The notes beneath the pieces were generated by a model, which had not been told where the DNA came from, made no database searches, and was given only the letters and a program-made list of their open reading frames with translations. DNA of 32,930 nucleotides from Longimicrobiales bacterium (GTDB lineage: Bacteria; Gemmatimonadota; Gemmatimonadetes; Longimicrobiales; Gaopeijiaceae). Made by a program: the position numbers and the translations under genes. The stretch covers positions 1 through 32,930 of the forward strand of contig CBDANQ010000047.1 in assembly GCA_965197725.1 (NCBI GenBank). The letters are read 5' to 3'. Positions 1 to 7,772 of the stretch are shown here, piece by piece (the first letter of the stretch is position 1; each line of letters starts with the position of its first letter).

Positions 1-1547
1 GTGGGCGGCTGGCCGTAGGGTGGCTCGACCCCGCGCTCGATCGCCGAGGCGGTCTTGGTGTCCCCGCGGGCCACCGCATCGAGATCCGCTTCGGCGCCCT
101 GCACGATCGGCTCCTCCACCACCTCGGCGCGCCGCGATCCTTCCAGAGCGAGTTCGGTGCTCCCGCGCGGCACGAAGCTGACCGCGATGTGCGGCTGATC
201 CTTGACGTACCTCTCATACACGCGCATCACGTCCTCGGCGGTGACAGCCAGCAACCGCTCCAGGTCCTCGCGCACGTATCCGGGGTCGTCCGCGAAGATG
301 TTGTACTGCGCGAGTTGGAACGCTTTGCCGAGCACGGACGCGAGACCGCCGTAGAACCCTGTCTCGTACCCGGCCTTCACGCGCTGTAGCTCGTCGGGCG
401 GAACGCCCTCCGACTCGAACCGCGCAAACGCCCGATCGACCGCCGCGAGCACGTCGTCGAGGTCGGTCCCCGCGTAGGCACGGATCCGGAAGAAGAACCG
501 ACCGGCCAACTCGGACGACTGGTTCCCGGCGAAGATGGCCGGCGCGAGCTCCTCCTCCTCGACGAGCACCTCATAGAAGGGCGCTTCCTTGCCGTCCGTC
601 AGCAGCTCCAAGAGAACGTCGAGCGCATACCCATCGGGATGGTACATCGGCACCGTCGGGGCCGCCAGGGTAAGCATGGGCAGTCGCGCGTAGTTGTCCT
701 CGTGGAAGAGGCGGACGGACTCGCCGAGCCGCACCGGCTCGGACTCCGGGACCGCAGGCATCTCGCGCGACGGGATCTCTCCGAAGTACCGTTCGATCCA
801 CGCCTTGGTCTGCTCCACGTCGAGATCGCCCGCGACGACGAGCGTGGCGTTGTTGGGCCCGTACCAAGCGCTGTGGAAATCCGCGATGTCCGCGAGCTCA
901 GCGCCCTCGAGGTCAGCGAGAGAACCGATGACCTGCCACTGATAGGGGTGCCCGTCCGCGTACATGGCCTGGTCGATGACGTAGCTGGTGTGGCCGTACG
1001 GCTGGTTGTCGACGCGCTGCCGCTTCTCGTTCTTTACGACTTGCTTCTCTTTGTCGACGACGGACCCGGAGACCGTGTTGATGAAGAAGCCGAGCTTGTC
1101 GGCTTCGGCCCAGAGCGCCTTTTCCAGCCCATCGGTCGGTACCACCTCGAAGTAGTTCGTGCGGTCGCGACTGGTCGAGCCGTTCGTCGAGCTGCCGATG
1201 CGAGTCATGAGGCGATCGAGTCCGCCCGGGCCGAGATTCTCTGAATCGAGAAAGAAGAGATGCTCGAAGAGGTGCGCGAAACCGGTCTTCCCTTCGACCT
1301 CGCGGCTCGATCCGACATGGAACGTCATGGCGACCGCGGCGATCGGGTCGGACCGGTCCACGTGCAGGATCACGTCGAGCCCGTTGGCGAGCTCGTACTT
1401 CTCGTACGAGATCGACACGCCGCCCTCGGCTCCATCCTCTGCCGGCGCACACGCGAACGTGAGCACCGCCAACACCGCCGCGAGCTTCCGCCTGCCCCTC
1501 CCGTCCCGCCCGTCCACGACTCCCGTCAAACCCTCCTCGCTCTTCAT
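1..1547 (-). CDS. M16 family (pitrilysin/insulinase-like) zinc peptidase, runs off the left edge
   Basis: My translation from ATG 1547 (absent from the ORF track because there is no stop in the window): signal-like N-terminus, then YEKYELANGLDVILHVDRSDPIAAVAMTFHVGSSREVEGKTGFAHLFEHL (HxxEH zinc motif) and NGSTSRDRTNYFE. Confidence 0.92.
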   Translation of the reverse strand, partial: MKSEEGLTGVVDGRDGRGRRKLAAVLAVLTFACAPAEDGAEGGVSISYEKYELANGLDVILHVDRSDPIAAVAMTFHVGSSREVEGKTGFAHLFEHLFFLDSENLGPGGLDRLMTRIGSSTNGSTSRDRTNYFEVVPTDGLEKALWAEADKLGFFINTVSGSVVDKEKQVVKNEKRQRVDNQPYGHTSYVIDQAMYADGHPYQWQVIGSLADLEGAELADIADFHSAWYGPNNATLVVAGDLDVEQTKAWIERYFGEIPSREMPAVPESEPVRLGESVRLFHEDNYARLPMLTLAAPTVPMYHPDGYALDVLLELLTDGKEAPFYEVLVEEEELAPAIFAGNQSSELAGRFFFRIRAYAGTDLDDVLAAVDRAFARFESEGVPPDELQRVKAGYETGFYGGLASVLGKAFQLAQYNIFADDPGYVREDLERLLAVTAEDVMRVYERYVKDQPHIAVSFVPRGSTELALEGSRRAEVVEEPIVQGAEADLDAVARGDTKTASAIERGVEPPYGQPP

Positions 1548-1574
1548 GATCTCAGCCCAGCGAGCCACACCAGG

Positions 1575-2246
1575 CTACTCGTCCGGCTCCTTCTCCCGGA
1601 AGCCGATGCGGTAGTAGGGGTTCACCACGCTCGTCGCGGCATTCTTGATATGGGCGCTCACGCGCTTCAGGAAGCGCAGGTACGACGCCACGGTCGCCGC
1701 GTGTCCGGAACGCCCGGCCAGAGCTTCGCCCGCGCAAAGCGAGCGGATGTGCTTGTCGATCTTCTCGGCGCTCACGCCGTGCGACGAGATGATCGCGCGC
1801 GCTCGGTCTTCGTCGGATTCGTCGAGGGCCGGCACGATGTCGTCGAACATCTTTCCGAGCATGCCTTCGATCGAGAGAACCTCGTCGTGGAGTTCCAACC
1901 CGTCGAAGGGCCCTTCGACCGCGGACGCAAGCTCCACGATGTTCTTCGTATAGTCGCCGATGCGCTCGATGTCGATGACGATGGCGGTGAGCACCAGGCC
2001 GAGGTTGATGTCCGGCTTGGACGACACCGACATGTGCGTCACGATCTTCCGACGGACACTGCGCTCGTACCTATTGAGCTGACGATCGCGCTTGTAGATG
2101 TCGGTCTCCATCGCGTGGTCCGAATGAAGCGCCGCGACGGCGTCGTCGAACATGCCATGCGAGGTGTGCAGCATCAGGATCGCTTCGTCATAAGCCTCCT
2201 GCAGCGGGCCCGCGGACTTGAAGAGCTTGATAATTTCCTTCCACAT
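1575..2246 (-). CDS. phoU: PhoU-domain phosphate uptake regulator
   Basis: 223 aa ORF with PhoU signature IDIERIGDYTKNIVE and a second repeat LKRVSAHIKN; lies next to a Na/Pi cotransporter fragment. Confidence 0.8.
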   Translation of the reverse strand: MWKEIIKLFKSAGPLQEAYDEAILMLHTSHGMFDDAVAALHSDHAMETDIYKRDRQLNRYERSVRRKIVTHMSVSSKPDINLGLVLTAIVIDIERIGDYTKNIVELASAVEGPFDGLELHDEVLSIEGMLGKMFDDIVPALDESDEDRARAIISSHGVSAEKIDKHIRSLCAGEALAGRSGHAATVASYLRFLKRVSAHIKNAATSVVNPYYRIGFREKEPDE

Positions 2247-2265
2247 GGGTCGTTACCTTTCCTGC

Positions 2266-2517
2266 CTACAGAATGAGGTAGAGAATCGGGATGACGTGCA
2301 GAATGATATAGACGGTGATGACCGCCGCCGAACTGGCCTTCGTCCTGGCCGCCAGGGATCCGACCTTCTCCGCCAGCCAAAGCGGAAGCGCCTTGAGCGG
2401 ATAGAAGATCGCTATGGCGAGTAAATTGAACGTCAAGTGTGCCAAGGCGACGGTGACCGCCGCTGGGCTGCCGGTCGAAAAAGAAGCAAGGATCGCGGTG
2501 ATCGTGATTTCCTCCAT
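2266..2517 (-). pseudogene. C-terminal fragment of a Na+/Pi cotransporter (NptA/YjbB family)
   Basis: TITAILAS...AVTVALAHLTFNLLAIAIFYP resembles the segment after the GANIGT motif; the motif and everything upstream are absent; directly upstream of phoU. Confidence 0.75.
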
Positions 2518-3391
2518 ATCACCTTTGGGAAATGTTTCCTCGAAGTGGCGCTTGTCAGCCCGTACGAGGACCTCGTCTTCCTCACGCCGGCGCTCCTCAC
2601 GCCGTGCCCCGGCGGGACCTTCGGGGCCCCGTTCGTGGTCGGCCCCGGTCTCGACCCACAGATCGCGCTAGTCCCCGGTGGATTTTTTACCGCGGGCGAC
2701 CCCCCCAGACGAAATCCTCATCGAGCTCCCGAGTCCGGCGTCGGCTGTCTCTATCCAGTCGTTCCGCCTCGATGCCTTCGGTCCAGCGCCTACCCTGGTC
2801 GCGTACGACGCCTCGGATGCGGTGGTGGGCTCGTCTGCAGACGGCACACTAAGCGCCCTGGTCACGCTTTCGGTCTCTGCGAGCGGTTCGCCGATCACGC
2901 GGATCGGGCTCTTGATGCCCCGGGGCGTTAATATGCTCGACAACCTGACCGTCACCTACATCTCCGACGCCTCGGTGACGCCGACGGCCGCACTGATCCC
3001 GGTCGCGGGCAAGAGCCTGAAGCACAACAAGGGCCTGTTCACGGTCGAGGCTACTTGCTCGGACGGGACTGAGCCGACCGCCACGCTGAACGGCATCCCA
3101 GTGGAGGACGGGCAGATCGTGGATCTTCGACTGAAGTCGGAAAAGTCGGAGAAGAGCGAGAAGTCGGAGAAAAGCGCGAAGTCGGAGAAAAGCGCGAAGT
3201 CGGACAAGAGCGGCAAGAGTGAGAAGCCGGTGAAGATCAAGGGCAGCTCGTTCACGCTCGTGGTGACTTGCGGCGGGGAGCCCGCGACAGCGGAGCCCGT
3301 GTTCGGCGACAAATCGGCGAAGAGCGAGAAGAGCGGCAAGAGCGAGAAGAGCGGCAAGAGCGAGAAGAGCGGCCAGAGCGAGAAGGGCTGA
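2510..3391 (+). CDS. Hypothetical beta-rich protein with KSEKS/KSGKS low-complexity repeats, probably frameshifted at ~2700 and lacking its 5' end
   Basis: ORF 2678..3391; removing one C from the C7 run at 2700-2706 joins the upstream frame (...ALVPGGFFTAGDPP) to DEILIELP; 9-bp-period Lys-Ser-X repeats at ~3134-3225 and ~3310-3385. Confidence 0.55.
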
Positions 3392-3445
3392 TCACCCGTC
3401 GACCGTCATGCCGGACGCGAGGCTTTGTGGTCGACCGATCACCGG

Positions 3446-3695
3446 CAAGAACAAGAACGGCCCTACAACCGCAGTCGTAGAGCCGTTGATCGGGACGGCC
3501 GGATGGAGCTGCGGTCGCGACCCACGCGTTCCGCGCTGGCCGCTCGACTCGAACCTACGGTTCTGGCGGGCGACTTTCGTCGCCCGACGCGTGCTCGCTT
3601 TGCGAGCCCGCTGAATCCGGCCACCCCGATCAACCTCAAGAACAAGAACGGCCCTACAACCGCAGTCGTAGAGCCGTTGATCGGGACGGCCGGAT
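3446..3695 (-). repeat. tRNA-Pro(GGG)-linked repeat unit (59-bp direct repeat, period 191 bp)
   Basis: 3446-3504 is identical to 3637-3695 (tRNA 3' end from ATCC plus the downstream hairpin); inverted copy of the tRNA 3' end at 3613-3634. Confidence 0.95.
3638..3678 (-). terminator. Terminator-like hairpin after tRNA-Pro(GGG), duplicated at ~3447-3487
   Basis: Minus strand AACGGCTCTACGAC-tgcg-GTTGTAGGGCCGTT followed by CTTGTTCTT. Confidence 0.55.
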
Positions 3696-3754
3696 TCGAA
3701 CCGGCGACCCCTGCAACCCCATTGCAGTGCGCTACCGGGCTGCGCCACGTCCCG
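3681..3754 (-). tRNA. tRNA-Pro(GGG)
   Basis: CGGGACGTGGCGCAGCCCGGTAGCGCA CTGCA-ATGGGGT-TGCAG GGGTCGCCGGTTCGAATCCGGCCGTCCCGA. Confidence 0.97.
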
Positions 3755-3763
3755 AGGGGGCGA

Positions 3764-3792
3764 AAGGTATACGCGGGCCGGGGCACCCTCAA
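3764..3792 (-). promoter_or_regulatory. Putative sigma70 promoter for tRNA-Pro(GGG)
   Basis: TTGAGG-17 nt-TACCTT ending 10 nt before the tRNA. Confidence 0.45.
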
Positions 3793-3914
3793 CTCCAGAC
3801 GAAGAGAAGCTCCGTGAGTACCGCAAATGTCGTGCTAAAGACGGTGGCCTCACGCGCCGATGTTGTCCGTGAAAGGACGTATCCGATGAGTGCCACGGCG
3901 ACCCGTCAAACGGG

Positions 3915-3944
3915 TTGACCGCCGGTTGGCCGGTCGTATAACTT
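3915..3944 (+). promoter_or_regulatory. Putative sigma70 promoter for the tRNA operon
   Basis: TTGACC (3915) with TATAAC at 16 nt or TAACTT at 18 nt spacing, just upstream of tRNA-fMet. Confidence 0.65.
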
Positions 3945-3956
3945 CCTCGTCTCTGT

Positions 3957-4030
<74 letters not shown>

Positions 4031-4191
4031 TTAGCTCGCGAAGCGCCGCCGCCGGGCGGCGTTTCCCACGTTAGGACGACCCTGGGAGATGAACGTTGCA
4101 GACGTCGAGTTTCTGGACAGTCACTGATACGTGGAGCCCGCGAAGGCGGGCGGGAGCGGGGAGCCGGTAACATCGGCTTCTCCGACGAATT

Positions 4192-4227
4192 CCCGCCCTC
4201 GCCCTCTAAGGGCCGGGCGGGTTTTTT
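4192..4227 (+). terminator. Intrinsic terminator-like hairpin inside the tRNA cluster
   Basis: CCCGCCC...GGGCGGG followed by TTTTTT, 5 nt before tRNA-Phe. Confidence 0.7.
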
Positions 4228-4232
4228 GTCTA

Positions 4233-4305
4233 GGCCAGGTAGCTCAGTTGGTAGAGCACATGACTGAAAATCATGGTGTCGGCAGTTCGATTCTGCCCCT
4301 GGCCA
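4233..4305 (+). tRNA. tRNA-Phe(GAA)
   Basis: Cloverleaf; anticodon arm CATGA-CTGAAAA-TCATG. Confidence 0.96.
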
Positions 4306-4348
4306 TTTTCGCTCGTGGGCAAGACTGGCTCGCGCGAGATTGATTAGA

Positions 4349-4421
4349 AGGCCCGTAGCTCAATTGGTAGAGCACCGGTCTCCAAAACCGGCGGTTGGGG
4401 GTTCGATTCCCTCCGGGCCTG
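4349..4421 (+). tRNA. tRNA-Trp(CCA)
   Basis: Anticodon arm CCGGT-CTCCAAA-ACCGG. Confidence 0.96.
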
Positions 4422-4437
4422 TGCACATGCCGGGAGG

Positions 4438-4509
4438 GCCCCGATCGTCTAACGGTTAGGACACCACTCTTTCAAGGTGGAGACCGGGGTTCGATTCCCC
4501 GTCGGGGCG
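4438..4509 (+). tRNA. tRNA-Glu(TTC)
   Basis: Anticodon arm CCACT-CTTTCAA-GGTGG. Confidence 0.96.
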
Positions 4510-4539
4510 TAGGAAGGACGCAGGACCAGAGACACATGG

Positions 4540-4613
4540 GGGGCTGTAGCTCAGTCGGTTAGAGTGCCGGTCTGTCACACCGGAGGTCGCGAGTTCGAGT
4601 CTCGTCAGCCCCG
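4540..4613 (+). tRNA. tRNA-Asp(GTC)
   Basis: Anticodon arm CCGGT-CTGTCAC-ACCGG. Confidence 0.96.
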
Positions 4614-4680
4614 CTGGAGTTGATTGACATACGAAGTCGGCAGGTGCCGTCAGGGTGTCGGCTTCTAGGTCGTGTGTGCG

Positions 4681-4753
<73 letters not shown>

Positions 4754-4782
4754 TGTTGCTCGGGTCAGTAGGCCCGTGCCGA

Positions 4783-4867
4783 GCTCGGGTGGCGGAATTG
4801 GTAGACGCGCAGGGTTCAGGACCCTGTGGGGGTTAACCCCGTGAGGGTTCGAGTCCCTCCTCGAGCA
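4783..4867 (+). tRNA. tRNA-Leu(CAG)
   Basis: Long variable arm; CAGGG-TTCAGGA-CCCTG. Confidence 0.96.
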
Positions 4868-4905
4868 TCGCTGATCCGCCTAGCGGGCTGGACGCTCTAG
4901 GTGTC

Positions 4906-4989
4906 GCCCACGTGCTGGAATTGGTAGACAGGCTGGTTTGAGGGACCAGTGTCGGAAACGGCGTACAGGTTCGAGTCCTGTCGTGGGCA
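4906..4989 (+). tRNA. tRNA-Leu(GAG)
   Basis: Long variable arm; CTGGT-TTGAGGG-ACCAG. Confidence 0.96.
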
Positions 4990-5036
4990 CTCTTTCGCCA
5001 CGCCTGGCGAAAGATGCAGGTAGGCTGTTGCTGTAA

Positions 5037-5110
5037 GCGCCCGTAGCTCAGCTGGATAGAGTGCCTGGCTACGGACCAGGAGGTCGGGGGTTCGAATCCC
5101 TCCGGGCGCG
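5037..5110 (+). tRNA. tRNA-Arg(ACG)
   Basis: CCTGG-CTACGGA-CCAGG. Confidence 0.96.
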
Positions 5111-5137
5111 TAACGGACTCTGGGGTTCGAGGGGATC

Positions 5138-5211
<74 letters not shown>

Positions 5212-5224
5212 TGGAGAACCAGGG

Positions 5225-5297
5225 GGGGCCGTAGCTCAGTTGGGAGAGCGCAGCGTTCGCAACGCTGAGGTCAGGGGTTCGATTCCCCTCGGCTCCA
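5225..5297 (+). tRNA. tRNA-Ala(CGC)
   Basis: Identical to Ala(GGC) outside the anticodon arm CAGCG-TTCGCAA-CGCTG. Confidence 0.96.
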
Positions 5298-5308
5298 TTT
5301 ACGAGATC

Positions 5309-5381
5309 GCCACCATAGCTCAGTTGGTAGAGCACGTCACTCGTAATGACGGGGTCGTCGGTTCAAATCCGACTGGTGGCT
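5309..5381 (+). tRNA. tRNA-Thr(CGT)
   Basis: CGTCA-CTCGTAA-TGACG. Confidence 0.96.
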
Positions 5382-5386
5382 CTTGA

Positions 5387-5459
5387 TGCCCCGTGGTGTA
5401 ATTGGCAACACGCCGGATTCTGGTTCCGGAGAGTCTAGGTTCGATCCCTAGCGGGGCAA
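5387..5459 (+). tRNA. tRNA-Gln(CTG)
   Basis: CCGGA-TTCTGGT-TCCGG; U1:A72. Confidence 0.95.
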
Positions 5460-5484
5460 TTTTGGGAGACCGCGGTCTCCGCTT

Positions 5485-5568
5485 GGAGGGATGGCCGAGT
5501 GGCTTATGGCGGCGCCCTGCTAAGGCGTTGGTGGCAACACCGCGTGGGTTCGAATCCCACTCCCTCCG
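5485..5568 (+). tRNA. tRNA-Ser(GCT)
   Basis: Long variable arm; GCGCC-CTGCTAA-GGCGT. Confidence 0.96.
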
Positions 5569-5737
5569 CTGAAAGAACGAAGCAGTGCGGTAGTGGGGTT
5601 GGAACCCACGTGATCTTCGCAGAAGATCACAGAGTGGGTTCGGGTCGAGCGACGGAGAGGGCCCGGAATGAGCCGAAAGGTTGTTCCGCGAGACGACCGA
5701 GCAAAAGCGAGGTCCATCCCACTCCCTCCGCTGAAAG
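5554..5737 (+). repeat. tRNA-Ser(GCT)-linked repeat unit (period 162 bp)
   Basis: ATCCCACTCCCTCCGCTGAAAG at 5554-5575 and 5716-5737, flanking a structured insert homologous to the Ser(GGA) units. Confidence 0.95.
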
Positions 5738-5772
5738 GATGGTCTGTGCCCTTCCGCGGCACGAAGGGCCGT

Positions 5773-5856
5773 GGACGGGTGGCCGAGTGGCTTAAGGCGC
5801 ACGATTGGAAATCGTGTGGGCTCACGCCCGCGTGGGTTCGAATCCCACCCCGTCCG
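5773..5856 (+). tRNA. tRNA-Ser(GGA)
   Basis: Long variable arm; CACGA-TTGGAAA-TCGTG. Confidence 0.96.
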
Positions 5857-6312
5857 TCATTAGGAAAGGCTGTTGTGTTCGAACCCACGTGATCTTCGCA
5901 GAAGATCACAGAGTGGGTCGGGTCGAGCGACGGAGAGGGCGCGGAATGAGTGAGGCGGGTGTTTCGCGAGACGACCGAGCGAAGCGAGGTCCATCCCACC
6001 CCGTCCGTCATTAGGAAAGGCTGTTGTGTTCGAACCCACGTGATCTTCGCAGAAGATCACAGAGTGGGTTCGGGTCGAGCGACGGAGAGGGCGCGGAATG
6101 AGTGGTGCGGGTGTTTCGCGAGACGACCGAGCGAAGCGAGGTCCATCCCACCCCGTCCGTCATTAGGAAAGGCTGTTGTGTTCGAACCCACGTGATCTTC
6201 TCAGAAGATCACAGAGTGGGTTCGGGTCGAGCGACGGAGAGGGCGCGGAATGAGTGGTGCGGGTGTTTCGCGAGACGACCGAGCGAAGCGAGGTCCATCC
6301 CACCCCGTCCGT
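5842..6312 (+). repeat. Three tandem tRNA-Ser(GGA)-linked units (151/152/152 bp)
   Basis: ATCCCACCCCGTCCGT recurs at 5842, 5993, 6145 and 6297; the units are nearly identical. Confidence 0.97.
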
Positions 6313-6337
6313 GTTGTGTTTGCACCCGAGTAGGATC

Positions 6338-6411
6338 CGGGGCGTGGCTCAGTCCGGTAGAGCGCTGCGTTCGGGTCGCAGAGGTCCCCGGTTCGAATCC
6401 GGGCGCCCCGA
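6338..6411 (+). tRNA. tRNA-Pro(CGG)
   Basis: CTGCG-TTCGGGT-CGCAG. Confidence 0.96.
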
Positions 6412-6636
6412 TTGGTTAATGCCGCCGAAGGCGGCGCTGTTTGATGTTGTGAGCCCGGGTTCGGACAGACGGTTCGAGCCGAGGCGCAGAGGCGTTGATC
6501 CGCGCAGGCGGCCTGCCGGGCTATTTGCCGAGACGACCGAGCGAAGCGAGGTCCATCCGGGCGCCCCGATTGGTTAATGCCGCCGAAGGCGGCGCTGTTT
6601 GATGTTGTGAGCCCGGGTTCGGACAGACGGTTCGAG
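6397..6636 (+). repeat. tRNA-Pro(CGG)-linked repeat (one full 158-bp unit plus a partial copy)
   Basis: 82-bp direct repeat at 6397-6478 and 6555-6636; the insert ends in CGAGACGACCGAGCGAAGCGAGGTCC as in the Ser units. Confidence 0.95.
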
Positions 6637-6642
6637 TTTCTT

Positions 6643-6680
6643 GCCCGGTCTGCCCTCGGGTAGTCCGGGCTTTGTTTCTT
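6643..6680 (+). terminator. Terminator-like hairpin before tRNA-Ser(CGA)
   Basis: GCCCGG-TCTGCCC-tc-GGGTAG-TCCGGGC followed by TTTGTTTCTT. Confidence 0.5.
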
Positions 6681-6762
6681 GGAGCGCTGGCAGAATGGTA
6701 TTGCACTCGCCTCGAAAGCGAGCGCCCGAAAGGGCTTGGGGGTTCGAATCCCTCGCGCTCCG
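6681..6762 (+). tRNA. tRNA-Ser(CGA)
   Basis: Long variable arm; CTCGC-CTCGAAA-GCGAG. Confidence 0.95.
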
Positions 6763-6844
6763 TTTTGCCCTTCCTGGGCGGACGACTCGCGAGCAACACC
6801 TGTTTGCTCGTACAATGCGGTGAAGTGCTCCGAGCAGCGAGCGC

Positions 6845-7768
6845 CTACACCGAAAGGCGTGTGAGGCCCTCGAAGTCCGGCCTAGCAGCGAACCCGGGGC
6901 AGTCAGGGTCGTCGGTCCCGTTGCTGAACACCTGACGCATCGCCCGAGCCACTCCGTCGGCGTCGGACGGATCGCACAGCGCGATGAGGCCCGAGCCCGC
7001 GCCCGAGATCGTGATCGCCCATGCCCCGGCATCGTATCCAGCGCCGATCGCGTTGTAGGCACCCGGAATCATGGGGAGGCGGTGTGGTACGTGGAGCTCG
7101 TCCTCCACGCCGATCTTGATCAACTCGGGGTCAGCAGTGGCCAAGCCACGGACGAGGGCGGTGGCACGAGCCAGGCTGCGCGCCGCAAGGTCGTGACCCA
7201 CCCGTTCGGGGAGCACGTCTCTCGCGGCCCTCGTCTCGATCACGGCAGCGGGGGCGGCGTAGGCGAAGCCGAGGTCGGGGGAAAGCGCCAGCTCGATGGG
7301 TAGCGGACCCGAGGCACCTGGCAGCACGGCTCGCAGGCCGCCGAACAGGCATGGGGCGGCATTGTCACCGTGTCCCTCGTGCCTATAGGCAGCCTCAAAA
7401 ACATGCGCGTCGTTACGGCTCTTGCCACTGGCGGCGAGCGCTAGGTCGGAGCCTGCGAGAATCGCCGCGGCGGAGGACCCTAGGCCCTTCCCGATCGGGA
7501 TGTCGGACGTCAGCCGAAGCGTGCCGCCGACCTCGGATCCCACGCTCCGCAGATCTCTGGCGAACGACCGAGCCACGAGGTCATCGGCATCGTCGTACCC
7601 CGAGCGTGCGAGCGAGCCTTCGCGGAGAATCTCCAGGCCCGTGGGGCCGGGCTCGAAGGTGGCCTCCAGATACCGGTTCAGCGCGAGCCCGATGGAGTCG
7701 TAGCCGCTCCCCAGGTTCGAAGTGGAGCACGGTACACGAACCCGCGCCGCACTGAGCGTGTCAGCCAC
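6845..7768 (-). CDS. thrB: Homoserine kinase
   Basis: VRVPCSTSNLGSGYDSIGLAL, GHMP motif IPIGKGLGSSAAA, EGHGDNAAP, ISGAGS; likely GTG start at 7768, just after the thrC stop. Confidence 0.93.
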   Translation of the reverse strand: MADTLSAARVRVPCSTSNLGSGYDSIGLALNRYLEATFEPGPTGLEILREGSLARSGYDDADDLVARSFARDLRSVGSEVGGTLRLTSDIPIGKGLGSSAAAILAGSDLALAASGKSRNDAHVFEAAYRHEGHGDNAAPCLFGGLRAVLPGASGPLPIELALSPDLGFAYAAPAAVIETRAARDVLPERVGHDLAARSLARATALVRGLATADPELIKIGVEDELHVPHRLPMIPGAYNAIGAGYDAGAWAITISGAGSGLIALCDPSDADGVARAMRQVFSNGTDDPDCPGFAARPDFEGLTRLSV

Positions 7769-7772
7769 CTGG

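Noticed and set aside
639..2276. Long plus-strand ORFs (201, 151 and 338 aa)
   Set aside because: Antisense shadows of the M16 peptidase and phoU, as expected in high-GC DNA
4624..4655. Perfect TTGACA as an internal promoter before tRNA-Ala(GGC)
   Set aside because: No acceptable -10 element at 16-18 nt spacing
5842..6312. CRISPR array
   Set aside because: The sequences between the recurring 16-mers are near-identical rather than unique spacers, the period is ~152 bp and no cas genes are present
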